A stretch of 64,000 nt of DNA from Streptosporangiaceae bacterium. Lineage in GTDB: Bacteria; Actinomycetota; Actinomycetes; Streptosporangiales; Streptosporangiaceae. The notes beneath the pieces are model-generated. The model worked only from the letters and a program-made list of their open reading frames with translations, did not search any database and was not told where the DNA came from. Below are positions 45,078 through 54,873 of the stretch, one piece after another; the stretch's first letter is position 1; every line of letters starts with the position of its first letter. The stretch spans positions 1,755 through 65,754 of the forward strand of contig DASXYG010000032.1 in assembly GCA_036502625.1 (NCBI GenBank). Direction: 5' to 3'. The position numbers were made by a program, and so were the translations under genes.

Positions 45078-45767
45078 GTGATGACTTCCGCCGCGGGCGG
45101 CCGGACGGCCGGGCCGCGCGTGCTGATCGTCGAGGACGACACCGAGGTGACCCGGATGCTGGCCAAGCTGCTCGCCTCTGAGGGCTACCGCGTCGACACC
45201 GCCGAGGACGGCCAGCGCGGCCTGCACCAGGCGCTGACCAGGCCGTACGACGCGATGATCATTGACCGCATGCTGCCGGCGCTGGACGGCCTGGACCTCC
45301 TGCGCCGGGTGCGGGGCAGCGGCGTGGCCACGCCGGCGCTGGTGCTGACGGCGCTCGGCACCGTCGCCGACCGGGTCGCCGGGCTCGACTCCGGCGCCGA
45401 GGACTACCTGGTCAAGCCGTTCGACGTGGACGAACTGCTCGCCAGGGTGCGCGCGCTGCTGCGCCGCCACCGCGACGGCACGCGCACGCTGCCGCTCGGG
45501 TCGGGTGAGCTCGACCTCGCGCTGCGCCGGGTCCGGCTTCCGGACGGCGACGAGGTGGAGCTGTCGCCGAGTGAGTTCGCGCTGCTGCGCGCGCTCGCCG
45601 AGCGCCCGCGCGACGTCTGCACGCGCGATGGGCTGCGGCTCAGCGTGTTCCCCGAGGCGGGGTCGCCGGCCGTCGTCGACACGTACGTCCACTACCTGCG
45701 GCGCAAGCTGGGCCGCGGCGTGGTCCGTACGGTCCGCGGCGTCGGCTACCGGGCGGGGGAGCTGTGA
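45078..45767 (+). CDS. OmpR-family response regulator
   Basis: VLIVEDD, MIIDRMLPALDG (phospho-acceptor Asp), EDYLVKPF and a winged-helix C-terminus (VDTYVHYLRRKLG...VRGVGYR). Confidence 0.9.
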   Translation: MMTSAAGGRTAGPRVLIVEDDTEVTRMLAKLLASEGYRVDTAEDGQRGLHQALTRPYDAMIIDRMLPALDGLDLLRRVRGSGVATPALVLTALGTVADRVAGLDSGAEDYLVKPFDVDELLARVRALLRRHRDGTRTLPLGSGELDLALRRVRLPDGDEVELSPSEFALLRALAERPRDVCTRDGLRLSVFPEAGSPAVVDTYVHYLRRKLGRGVVRTVRGVGYRAGEL

Positions 45768-47068
45768 GCCGCGCCGCGGCCGGGCCGCACCCGGACGCCC
45801 GGGTGCTGGCCCGCGCGCGCCGCACGCTCACCGTGCAGCTCGCGGCCGCCGTCACGCTGGTCGTGGCGATCGTGGGCGCGCTGGTGTTCGTCACGATGCT
45901 GACCGGCCAGCGCGCCGACACCGAACGCGACCTGCGCTACGTCATCGCCCGCGGCAGCGTCGCGAGCCCGCCGCCGTGCGTGTGGATGTTCGCCGTGGAC
46001 GGCCGTACGACCCGGCGCACCCCGAACGCGCCCGCCGCGCTGCCGCTGCGCGCGGACCTCGGCCGGGTCGCCCGCGACGGCCGGGTCCGCGTCACCGACG
46101 CGCGCGCCGGCGGCGTGGCGTACACCGTGCGCACCGAGCGGCGCGGCGGCACGGTCATGCAGGCCGCCGTGGACCTCCGCTACCAGGTGCAGGAGCGGCG
46201 GCGGCTGCTCATCGCGCTCGCGGTCGCCGAGCTGGGCGGGCTGATCGCCGCGGTCGTCACCGGCCAGGCGCTGTCCCGCCGCGCGATCGCGCCGCTGGAG
46301 GAGGCGCTGGACCGGCAGACCCGTTTCGTCGCCGACGTCAGCCACGAGCTGCGCACCCCGCTGACCCGCCTGCACACCCGCGCCCAGATGCTCGTACGCC
46401 AGACCGCCGCGGACCCCGGCATCCCCGGCGACCCGGACGACCCGGACGACATCGGCGGTGAGCTGCGGCGCATCGTCGCCGACACCCGGCAGTTCGGCGA
46501 GGTCATCGACGACCTGCTGTTGTCCGCGCGGCTGCGGCGTACGGACGGGCCGGGGGAGCCGGTCGACCTGGCCGGGGTCCTCGCCGCGGTGGCCGCGGCC
46601 GAGGCGGCGCGCGCGGACGGCCGCATGGTCACCATCGAGGTCGGCGACCATCCGATGGGCGCGTACGTGGTCAACGGCGTGTGCGCGGCGCTGCGCCGGG
46701 TGGTCGGCGCGCTGGTCGACAACGCGCTCGACCACGTCCACCCGGGCGGCCGCATCGAGCTGCGGCTCGCGCCCGCCGACGGCGGCCGCACCGTCGAGCT
46801 GACCGTCGCCGACGACGGCGTCGGCTTCGACCCGTCCACCGCCGGCGACCTCTTCGAGCGGTACGCACGCGGCGCCGCGCGTACGGGCGCGCACTCCGGC
46901 CTCGGCCTGGCGCTGGCGCGCGAGGTGGTGGAGCGGCACGACGGGCGGATCAGCGCGGCGGCCGCGCCGGGCCAGGGCGCGACGTTCACCGTGCGCCTGC
47001 CGCTCGTCCGCGCCCCCGTGCCGCGTGCGCCCCGTGCGCCCGTCGCTCAGCGGCTGACCAGGCGGTAG
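45764..47068 (+). CDS. Sensor histidine kinase
   Basis: GTGA overlap with the response regulator gene. FVADVSHELRTPLT (H-box), DNALDH (N-box) and GLGLALAREVV (G-box), with two TM segments. Confidence 0.85.
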   Translation: MSRAAAGPHPDARVLARARRTLTVQLAAAVTLVVAIVGALVFVTMLTGQRADTERDLRYVIARGSVASPPPCVWMFAVDGRTTRRTPNAPAALPLRADLGRVARDGRVRVTDARAGGVAYTVRTERRGGTVMQAAVDLRYQVQERRRLLIALAVAELGGLIAAVVTGQALSRRAIAPLEEALDRQTRFVADVSHELRTPLTRLHTRAQMLVRQTAADPGIPGDPDDPDDIGGELRRIVADTRQFGEVIDDLLLSARLRRTDGPGEPVDLAGVLAAVAAAEAARADGRMVTIEVGDHPMGAYVVNGVCAALRRVVGALVDNALDHVHPGGRIELRLAPADGGRTVELTVADDGVGFDPSTAGDLFERYARGAARTGAHSGLGLALAREVVERHDGRISAAAAPGQGATFTVRLPLVRAPVPRAPRAPVAQRLTRR

Positions 47069-48534
47069 TCCGACGGCGTGACGCGGCGGGTGCGCCGGCG
47101 GTAGCCGAGCATGAACCCCGGCCAGTTGTTCGTGTTGCGCCGGGCGCCGTCGGCGTCCCTGCGGAGGTACCAGCTATCGCAGCCGCCGGCGTTCCACACG
47201 GACGTGCCGAGGCGGCGGCGCACGCGGGCGTCGAAGGCGTCCACGACCTCGCGCTTCACGTCCAGGTAGCGCACGCCGCGCCGGATCAGCCGCGCGGCCT
47301 GCACGATGTGCGCGATCTGGCTCTCCAGCATGTGCAGGATCGAGCCGGACCCCAGGTTGGTGTTCGGCCCGTACATCAGGAAGAAGTTCGGGAACCCCGG
47401 CACGCTGAGCCCGAGGTACGCGCTCGGCCCGTCGCGCCACGCCTCGGCGAGCTCGCGCCCGCCGAGCCCGGTGATGCGCATCGGGGCGACGAAGTCGTGC
47501 GAGCGGAACCCGGTCGCCAGGATGACGGTGTCCGCCGGGTGCGCGGTGCCGTCGGCGGTGACCACGGCGTCCGCGGTGACCTCCGTGATCGCGTCGGTGA
47601 CCACCTCGACGTTCGGCCGGTTCAGCGCGCGGTAGTAGTCGTTGGACAGCAGGATGCGCTTGCAGCCCAGTTCGTACGACGGGAGCAGCCGCTCGCGCAG
47701 CCGCGGGTCGCGCACGGACCGCAGGTTGAGGTGGCAGAGCGCGCGGACGTGCGCCGACAGCGCGCGGCGTGCCAGCGGCGCGACCAGCATCGGGTTCAGC
47801 AGCCACTCGAACGACGCGAAGATGCCGAACCGGGACGCCTTCTGCAGCGTCGGCAGCCGCCGGTTCAGCGCGCGCCGCCAGGCCGGGTACACGCGGTCGG
47901 GCTTGGTGCCCACCCAGTTGGGCGTGCGCTGGAAGATCCGCAGCCGCCCGGCGTCGCGCGCGATCACCGGTACGAACTGCACCGCGCTCGCGCCGTTGCC
48001 GATCACCGCGACGTTCCGGCCGGTCAGGTCGTGGTCGTGGTCCCAGCGCGCGGAGTGGAAGACCGTGCCGGCGAACGTGTCGAGCCCCGGGATGTCCGGG
48101 TACGCGGGGCGGCTGAGCTGGCCGCACGCGGCCACCAGCAGGTCCGCGGTGTGCGTGGCGCCGTCGGACGTACGGAGCGTCCACGCGCCCGCGGCCTCGT
48201 CGAACGCCGCCTCGGTGACCTCCGTGCCGAACCTGACGCGCTCGGTGATGCCGTACGCGTCGGCGCAGCGCCGCAGGTAGGTGAGGATCTCCGGCTGCTC
48301 GGCGAACCGCCGCGACCAGTCCGGATTGGGGGCGAAGGAGTACGAGTAGAGGTACACCGGAGCGTCGCAGGCGGCGCCGGGATAGGTGTTGTCCCGCCAG
48401 ACGCCGCCGATGGAGCCGGCCTTCTCGAAGATCGTGATGTCGGTGAACCCGGCCCGGCGCAGCCCGATGGCCAGCCCGATGCCACTGAAGCCGCCGCCCA
48501 CGACGGCGACCGAGCAGCGCCCGCCGGATGCCAT
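47047..48534 (-). CDS. Type I Baeyer-Villiger / flavin-containing monooxygenase (paralog of 16870-18327)
   Basis: VAVVGGGFSGIG, FAGTVFHSARWDH and VAVIGNGASAVQ. Its 3' end overlaps the kinase gene by 22 nt in convergent orientation. Confidence 0.85.
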   Translation of the reverse strand: MASGGRCSVAVVGGGFSGIGLAIGLRRAGFTDITIFEKAGSIGGVWRDNTYPGAACDAPVYLYSYSFAPNPDWSRRFAEQPEILTYLRRCADAYGITERVRFGTEVTEAAFDEAAGAWTLRTSDGATHTADLLVAACGQLSRPAYPDIPGLDTFAGTVFHSARWDHDHDLTGRNVAVIGNGASAVQFVPVIARDAGRLRIFQRTPNWVGTKPDRVYPAWRRALNRRLPTLQKASRFGIFASFEWLLNPMLVAPLARRALSAHVRALCHLNLRSVRDPRLRERLLPSYELGCKRILLSNDYYRALNRPNVEVVTDAITEVTADAVVTADGTAHPADTVILATGFRSHDFVAPMRITGLGGRELAEAWRDGPSAYLGLSVPGFPNFFLMYGPNTNLGSGSILHMLESQIAHIVQAARLIRRGVRYLDVKREVVDAFDARVRRRLGTSVWNAGGCDSWYLRRDADGARRNTNNWPGFMLGYRRRTRRVTPSDYRLVSR

Positions 48535-48639
48535 GCCGTCCTCCGCTCGTACGTCCCCCGGGCCGATGCCCGCACGCTACGCACGCCCCGCCGAGTAAGT
48601 CAATGCTTATATGCCGGGAAGCGTGTGTATGGTGCATGT

Positions 48640-50124
48640 GTGTTGGATCCTGAGGCTCCGTCCCGTACGGGGATCATCGTCGCCGTGCTGGCCGGGGCCG
48701 GGATCGTGGTCTCGCTGATGCAGACGCTGATCGTCCCGTTGATCCCGCGGCTGCCCGAGATGTTGCACACCACGCCGTCCGACGCGACCTGGGCGGTGAC
48801 CGCCACCCTGCTCACCGGCGCGGTGGCCACGCCGGTCGTCGGGCGGCTCGGCGACCTCTACGGCAAGCGCCGGATGCTGCTGATCAGCGCGGTCATCCTG
48901 GCCGTCGGGTCGGTGGTGTGCGCGATGACCGACGCGCTGATCCCGATGGTGGTCGGCCGGGCGCTGCAGGGCATGGGCGTCGGCGTGATACCGCTCGGTA
49001 TCAGCATCATGCGCGACGTCCTGCCGCCGCAGCGGCTCGGGTCCGCGATCGCCCTGATGAGCTCGTCGCTCGGCGTCGGCGGCGCGCTGGGGCTGCCCGC
49101 GTCGGCGGCCGTCGCGCAGAACGCCGACTGGCACGTGCTGTTCTGGGCCTCCGCCGGGTGCGGGGTGCTGATCGCCGTGCTGGCCGCGCTGATCGTGCCC
49201 GAGTCGCCGTTGCGCACGGGCGGGCGGTTCGACGTCATCGGCGCGGTCGGGCTGCTCGCCGGGCTGACGGCGCTGCTGCTGCCGGTGTCCAAGGGCGGCG
49301 ACTGGGGGTGGGGCAGCGGGCGCACGCTCGGGCTGTTCGCCGCCTCGGTGGTCATCCTGGTGCTGTGGGGCTGGTGGGAGCTGTCGATCCGCGGCCCGCT
49401 CGTCGACCTCCGCACGACCGCGCGCCGCCAGGTCCTGCTCACGAACCTGGCGTCGATCGTGATCGGCTTCGCGATGCTGGCGATGTCGCTGATCGCCCCG
49501 CAACTGCTGCAACTGCCCACCGCGACGGGCTACGGCCTGGGCCAGTCGCTGCTCGGCGCCGGGCTGTGGATGGCGCCCGCCGGGCTGGTCATGATGGCCG
49601 TGTCGCCGATCGCCGCGCGCGTGTCGGCGGCGTACGGGCCGAAGGTGTCGCTGCTGAGCGGGTCGCTGGTGATCGCGGCGGGCTACGGCATCGCGCTGCC
49701 GCTGATGTCGTCCGCGTTCGGTGTGCTGGTCTTCGGCGCGGTGATCAGCGCGGGCGTCGGGCTGGCCTACTCCGCGATGCCGGCGCTGATCATGGGCGCG
49801 GTGCCCATCTCCGAGACCGCCGCGGCGAACGGCTTCAACTCGCTGATGCGCTCCCTCGGCACGTCCACGTCCAGCACGGTGATCGGCGTCGTGCTGTCGG
49901 AGATGACGCTGACGATCGGCGGCCACGAGGTGCCGTCGCCGGCCGGGTTCCGTACGGGGTTCCTGATCGGCGCGGGCGTCGCCGTGGTGGCCGCGCTCGT
50001 CGTGCTGACGATCCCGGGACGCTCACGGCGCGGCCGCGTCGAGGAGGGTCGAGGCCACGGCGGTGCGGGCGTAGAGGACCTGGCGGCCGGCCCGCTGCGC
50101 GCTGACGAGCCCGGCCGCGCGTAG
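48640..50124 (+). CDS. MFS transporter, DHA2 (EmrB/QacA-like, 14-TM) family
   Basis: GRLGDLYGKRRMLL (motif A) and LQGMGVGVIPLGISIMRDVLPP. The start is GTG at 48640 (48625 is an alternative). This is the C-terminal third of the artefactual track ORF 46681-50124. Confidence 0.85.
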   Translation: MLDPEAPSRTGIIVAVLAGAGIVVSLMQTLIVPLIPRLPEMLHTTPSDATWAVTATLLTGAVATPVVGRLGDLYGKRRMLLISAVILAVGSVVCAMTDALIPMVVGRALQGMGVGVIPLGISIMRDVLPPQRLGSAIALMSSSLGVGGALGLPASAAVAQNADWHVLFWASAGCGVLIAVLAALIVPESPLRTGGRFDVIGAVGLLAGLTALLLPVSKGGDWGWGSGRTLGLFAASVVILVLWGWWELSIRGPLVDLRTTARRQVLLTNLASIVIGFAMLAMSLIAPQLLQLPTATGYGLGQSLLGAGLWMAPAGLVMMAVSPIAARVSAAYGPKVSLLSGSLVIAAGYGIALPLMSSAFGVLVFGAVISAGVGLAYSAMPALIMGAVPISETAAANGFNSLMRSLGTSTSSTVIGVVLSEMTLTIGGHEVPSPAGFRTGFLIGAGVAVVAALVVLTIPGRSRRGRVEEGRGHGGAGVEDLAAGPLRADEPGRA

Positions 50125-51003
50125 CGACGTGAGCTGCTGTGAGATCGCGCCGGGCGACAGGCCGGTGCGCTCGGCCAGCTCGGTGGTGGAGGCGGGTGCG
50201 GAGAGCCGGGCGAGCAGCAGCGCGCGGGTCGCGCCCAGCACCCCGGCGAGCGCGCCCGGCGCCCCCGTGTCGTCGGCGGACCACAGCAGGCCCACGCCGC
50301 GCGGCGCGTAGCGGACCGTGACCGGCCACGCCGCGCCGGTCTTGACGAACACCCGCGGCCACACGAACACCGACGGCACCAGCACGGCGCCGCGCCCGTC
50401 GAGCCGGTAGGCGGCCGAGGCGTAGCGCAGCCGGATCGACAGCGTCGTGTCCGCCCACCGGATGGCCGGGTCGAGCCCGTTGAACAGGAGGTCAGGGCCG
50501 CCGTCGGTGAGCGCACGCGCGCGGTGCACGATGTCGGCCTCCAGCAGCGCGCGGACGCGGGGCCACTCGGCGGCCAGCGCGGCGTCCCAGAACGCCCGCA
50601 CCTCGGCGGCCAGCCGCGCCAGGCCGCCGCGCGGGTCCGCGCGCAGGTCGCGTACGGCCGGCCCGGCGGCGCCGAGGCGGTCGATCTCGGCGCGCACCTC
50701 CGCGGGGTCGACGGCGCGCAGCGCGGCGAGCTCGTCGTCGAGGTCCGGCGCCGGGGTGGCGGGCGTGGGCGCCAGGAACGACGGCAGCGTACGGGTCGGC
50801 ACCGGCACGAGCGCGTCCAGCAGCCCGATCGCGGCGTCTTCGCGCAGCGCGGCGAGCCGGGGCGCGTTCGCGGTGAGCCAGCGCAGGTGCAGCGCGTGCG
50901 CGGCGGGGTCCTTCAGCGCGCGCAGCCCGGCCACGCACTCCCACAGCGGGGAGTACGCGAACCGGGTGTGCGCGAGGTCTCCGGTGGAGAACGTGAGGTC
51001 CAT
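50023..51003 (-). CDS. ArsR-family winged-HTH regulator with a long N-terminal domain
   Basis: The C-terminus TRALLLARLSAPASTTELAERTGLSPGAISQQLTSLRAAGLVSAQRAGRQVLY is an ArsR HTH. Divergent from an MFS gene. Confidence 0.8.
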   Translation of the reverse strand: MDLTFSTGDLAHTRFAYSPLWECVAGLRALKDPAAHALHLRWLTANAPRLAALREDAAIGLLDALVPVPTRTLPSFLAPTPATPAPDLDDELAALRAVDPAEVRAEIDRLGAAGPAVRDLRADPRGGLARLAAEVRAFWDAALAAEWPRVRALLEADIVHRARALTDGGPDLLFNGLDPAIRWADTTLSIRLRYASAAYRLDGRGAVLVPSVFVWPRVFVKTGAAWPVTVRYAPRGVGLLWSADDTGAPGALAGVLGATRALLLARLSAPASTTELAERTGLSPGAISQQLTSLRAAGLVSAQRAGRQVLYARTAVASTLLDAAAP

Positions 51004-51078
51004 CGCGGTGGCCTTCCGTCGATTCGGCTCAGTCTAAATCTCTGGGTTTCCGCGCGTACGGGGGCGATTCTCGGCCGC

Positions 51079-52374
51079 ATGCCGAACACATCCGCACAGC
51101 TTGAGCCCGTCCGCCTCGACCCCCCTCCCGCACGCCGGAGCATCTTCCGCGAGTCCGCCTTCCAGCGCGTCTTCGCGGCCGCCGCGATCAGCGAGCTCGG
51201 CACCCAGACCAGCTACGTCGCGATCCCGCTGGTCGCGGTGGTCGCGTTGCGCGCATCCGCGGCGGACGTCGGGGTGCTCGCCGCGCTGAGCACGCTCGCG
51301 TTCCTGGTCATCGGGCTGCCCGTCGGCGCGTGGGTGGACCGGATGCGGCGGCGCGGCGTCATGGTGGCCGCCGACCTGGTCCGCGCGGCGCTGCTCGCCT
51401 CGGTGCCGCCGGCCGCCTGGCTCGGCGCGCTCAGCATGGCGCAGATGTACGCCGTGGTGCTGCTCACCGGCGCGGCGACCGTGTTCTTCGACGTCGCGAA
51501 GCTCAGCTACCTCCCGCACATCGTCGGCCGCGACCGGCTGGAGGACGCCAACGCCCGGCTCGTGATGCTGGACGCGACCGGCGACGTCGGTGGCCGCGGC
51601 GCGGGCGGCTACCTCGCGCAGGTGCTGACCGCCCCGGTCGCGGTGGGCGTGGACGCGCTGACGTACCTCTGGTCGGCGGTGTGCCTGATCGGCATCCGCG
51701 GCCGCGAACCGCGCACCCGGCCGGAGACCAGGCCGCGGCTGGTCCGCGACGTCCGGGAAGGCGTCCGGTACGTGCTCGGCCACCGGATCCTCCGGCCGAT
51801 CGTGCTGGAAGGCGCCTGCACGAACCTGTCCGTACGGCTCAGCGTGACCATGCTGCCCGTCGTGCTCGTCCGCGGGCTCGGGATGTCCGGCACCGTGCTG
51901 GGCCTGTTCCTGGCGTCCGGCGGGGTGGGGCTGATGGCCGGATCGCTGGCGGCGCGGCCGGTGGTGCGGTGGCTGGGGCGGGGGCGCGCGCTGTGGATCA
52001 GCAGCCTCGCCCTGGCGCCGGCCGCGTTCGCCGTGCCGCTGGTGGGCCACGGGGTGTGGCTCTGGATCGCGGGCGCGGGCTGGCTGCTGTCGTCCGCGAA
52101 GATCGGCATGGACAACGTGGTCAAGGTGACGTTCCGGCAGCGGGTCACCCCGGACGCGATGCTCGGCCGGATGAACGCGACGTTCCGGTTCCTGCTGATG
52201 GGCGCGCTCACGGTCGCGGGCCTGCTCGCCGGGGTGCTCGGGGCGTCGGCGGGCGCCCGCGCGGTGCTGTGGCTCGGCGCGGCCGTGCCCGCGGTCTCCT
52301 GGCTGCTGTTGTTCTGCTCGCCGCTGCGCCGCCTGCGCGAGCTCCCCGCCGCGCCCGCCGCACCTGCCGACTAG
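51079..52374 (+). CDS. MFS transporter (EntS/MFS_3-like)
   Basis: FRESAFQRVFAAAAISELGTQTSYVAIPLVAV and WVDRMRRRGVMV, with 12 TM segments. In frame with track ORF 50524-52374. Confidence 0.8.
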   Translation: MPNTSAQLEPVRLDPPPARRSIFRESAFQRVFAAAAISELGTQTSYVAIPLVAVVALRASAADVGVLAALSTLAFLVIGLPVGAWVDRMRRRGVMVAADLVRAALLASVPPAAWLGALSMAQMYAVVLLTGAATVFFDVAKLSYLPHIVGRDRLEDANARLVMLDATGDVGGRGAGGYLAQVLTAPVAVGVDALTYLWSAVCLIGIRGREPRTRPETRPRLVRDVREGVRYVLGHRILRPIVLEGACTNLSVRLSVTMLPVVLVRGLGMSGTVLGLFLASGGVGLMAGSLAARPVVRWLGRGRALWISSLALAPAAFAVPLVGHGVWLWIAGAGWLLSSAKIGMDNVVKVTFRQRVTPDAMLGRMNATFRFLLMGALTVAGLLAGVLGASAGARAVLWLGAAVPAVSWLLLFCSPLRRLRELPAAPAAPAD

Positions 52375-53243
52375 CCCGCGTACTTCTCGTTCAGCGCGTC
52401 AAAGGCGTCCTTGCGCACCAGGCTCTGCCGGTCGGCCCAGCTCGCGATGCGGTCGCCGAGGGCGAGGCTGTCGCCGGCGGCCAGCAGGTCGCCGGCGACG
52501 GCGCGCATTCCGGCGATGGCCGCGCGCATGGCCGTGTTGGCGTACAGCACCATCGCGAAGCCGTACGAACCGAGCTCCGCGAGCGGCGTGATCGGGGTGA
52601 GCGCGCCCTCCACCATGTTCGCCACGTGGCGGCCGGGGACGCGCCGCGGGATCTCCGCCAGCTCGGCGGCCGACCGGGGCGCCTCGACGAACACGGCGTC
52701 GGCGCCCGCGTCGAGGTAGCGCGCGGCGCGGTCGCAGGCCTCGTCGAGGCCGGACACCGCGCGCGCGTCGGTGCGGGCGATGAGCAGGAGGTCGTCGTCG
52801 TGGCGGGCGTCGGTGGCGGCGTGGATCTTGCCGACCATCTCCGGCGCCTCGATGACGGCCTTCCCCGCGAAGTGGCCGCACCGCTTGGGCGCCACCTGGT
52901 CCTCGATCTGCACCGCGTTCGCCCCGGCGCGCTCCAGCGTACGGACGGTGCGGCCGACGTTGATCGCGTTGCCGAACCCGGTGTCGGCGTCGACGACCAG
53001 CGGCACCGAGACGGCGTCGCGCACGGCGGCCACGTGGCCGGCCAGCTCGGTGGCGGTCAGCAGCCCGAGGTCGGGGGCGCCGAGGAAGGTGTTCGTGATG
53101 CCCGCGCCGGAGAGGTACACGGCCTCGAAGCCGGTATCCTCCAGAATGCGCGCGGTGAGCGCGTTCGGCGCGCCGGGCAGCAGCAGCGGGCTTCCGGTGC
53201 GGGCGATCCGGCTACGCAGCGTGGCATTCAGGGTCTCGCTCAC
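52371..53243 (-). CDS. Isocitrate lyase / PEP mutase superfamily enzyme (methylisocitrate lyase or carboxyvinyl-carboxyphosphonate phosphorylmutase-like)
   Basis: LLLPGAPNALTARILE, YLSGAG, VVDADTGFGN, VQIEDQVAPKRCGH and IARTDA. Confidence 0.85.
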   Translation of the reverse strand: MSETLNATLRSRIARTGSPLLLPGAPNALTARILEDTGFEAVYLSGAGITNTFLGAPDLGLLTATELAGHVAAVRDAVSVPLVVDADTGFGNAINVGRTVRTLERAGANAVQIEDQVAPKRCGHFAGKAVIEAPEMVGKIHAATDARHDDDLLLIARTDARAVSGLDEACDRAARYLDAGADAVFVEAPRSAAELAEIPRRVPGRHVANMVEGALTPITPLAELGSYGFAMVLYANTAMRAAIAGMRAVAGDLLAAGDSLALGDRIASWADRQSLVRKDAFDALNEKYAG

Positions 53244-53391
53244 CGGCGGCCTTCCGTGATCGTCGGGACCTGGCGCGTCCGGCCAGGAAAACCACGGTAG
53301 GCGACGCCCGGTGGTGATCGGATTCCCGCTCGCGTTGGGTTAGTGTTCACGCATTACTGGTCGGATTTTTGTTGACGATTCCCTGCGGCGG

Positions 53392-54849
53392 GTGGGCCGC
53401 CCGGCGTTCCGCGCCTACCTGCCGTTCCTGGCGGTGTTCGCGCTCGCCACGGCCGTACGCGTCGTGGCCATGCTCGCCTACCAGGGCATCCTGTGGTTCC
53501 CCGACTCCAACTCCTACCTCGCGGTGGCCGTCGCCCCGCAGGCCTACCCGGTGCGTCCGCAGGGCTACGCGTTCTTCCTCAGGCTGCTCGAACCCGCGCA
53601 CAGCTTCACGCTGGTGGCCGGGGTGCAGCACGCCATGGGGCTGGCCGTCGGCGCGATCATCTACGTCACGCTGTGGCTGCGCTTCAACGTGCGCAACTGG
53701 ATCAGCCTGCTGGCCGTCGTCCCGGTGTACTTCGACGCGTACCAGATCCAGCTCGAACACCTGCTGCTCTCGGACGTCCTGTTCGAGCTGCTCATCGTGG
53801 CCGCGGTGGCGCTCGTCCTGTGGCGCCCGGACGGCAACGGGCACGCCGCGGCCGCCGGGCTGTGCCTCGGGCTGGCCACGCTGACCAGGTCGGTCGCGTT
53901 GCCGCTGCTCGTCGTGTTCGCGGTCTACCTGCTCGTACGCCGCCGCTGGTGGCAGGTCGCGATCACCGCGGTCGCCTGCGCGCTGCCGATCCTGCCGTAC
54001 ATGCTGTGGTTCCAGGCGTCGGGCGGCGGCCTGGCGATGAGCAACAGCGAGGGGCTGTTCCTGTACGGCCGCACGGCGTCGTTCGCCGACTGTTCGGTGA
54101 TCCGGCCGACCCCGGCGCAGCGCCCGCTGTGCCCGCCCGGCCCGCCGGGCGAGCGCTCCGCCGGGCCCAATTACGTCTGGCACTTCGGCTACTTCGCCCG
54201 GCTGCCGAACGACAAGAAGTTCACCCCCGCGCACAACGACCAGGCGGAGGCGTTCGCGCTCGCCGCCATCCGCGCGCAGCCGGGCGACTACCTCAGCACC
54301 GGCCTGCGCGACCTGCGGCGCACGTTCACCTGGAACCGCGAGCCGTACCCGACCGAGTACTCCACCCGGCTGTACGACTTCCACTACCGGCCCGACCCGC
54401 TGGACCTGAAGTCCGAGCCGGTGCCCGACCTCACGCTCGGCCAGGCGGTGCGCACGTACCTCGCGTCGCCGACCGCCGACGGCAGCCCGTACGTCCGCCC
54501 CGAGCTCGCCGCGTTCATGGTCGACTACCAGCGCTACGCCGTGCTGCGCGGCACGATGCTGCTGCCGATCCTCGTCGGCGGCGCGATCATGCTCGTGGTC
54601 CGCAGGCAGCGCGCCGCGGGCGCGTTCCTGCCGTGGCTGTGCGCGCTCGCGCTGCTGGTCACGCCGCCGTTCACCGCGGCGTTCGGCTACCGCTACGTCG
54701 TCCCCGCGGTGCCGCTGGCATGCCTGGCGCTGGCGCTGACGTTCATGCGGAGGAGGGCCGTGACGGAGCGCACGGACGAGCCGGAACCGCCGCCCGTCTC
54801 CGAGGGCGTTGTCCCCGGTGGTGTAAAAGGGGCTCGAGGCTCGATCTGA
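53392..54849 (+). CDS. Polytopic membrane protein, possible GT-C-type (ArnT/PMT-like) glycosyltransferase
   Basis: About 9 N-terminal TM segments with LWFPDSNSYL and PQGYAFFLRLL, then an extracytoplasmic domain and further TM segments. The family assignment is from overall layout only. Confidence 0.55.
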   Translation: MGRPAFRAYLPFLAVFALATAVRVVAMLAYQGILWFPDSNSYLAVAVAPQAYPVRPQGYAFFLRLLEPAHSFTLVAGVQHAMGLAVGAIIYVTLWLRFNVRNWISLLAVVPVYFDAYQIQLEHLLLSDVLFELLIVAAVALVLWRPDGNGHAAAAGLCLGLATLTRSVALPLLVVFAVYLLVRRRWWQVAITAVACALPILPYMLWFQASGGGLAMSNSEGLFLYGRTASFADCSVIRPTPAQRPLCPPGPPGERSAGPNYVWHFGYFARLPNDKKFTPAHNDQAEAFALAAIRAQPGDYLSTGLRDLRRTFTWNREPYPTEYSTRLYDFHYRPDPLDLKSEPVPDLTLGQAVRTYLASPTADGSPYVRPELAAFMVDYQRYAVLRGTMLLPILVGGAIMLVVRRQRAAGAFLPWLCALALLVTPPFTAAFGYRYVVPAVPLACLALALTFMRRRAVTERTDEPEPPPVSEGVVPGGVKGARGSI

Positions 54850-54873
54850 CTAACGCGGAAGAAGGGCACGCGC

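Noticed and set aside
46681-50124. A single 1147-aa ORF
   Set aside because: The first two thirds are antisense to the BVMO gene and the kinase 3' end, and are low-complexity. Only the part from about 48640 encodes a coherent 14-TM MFS transporter.
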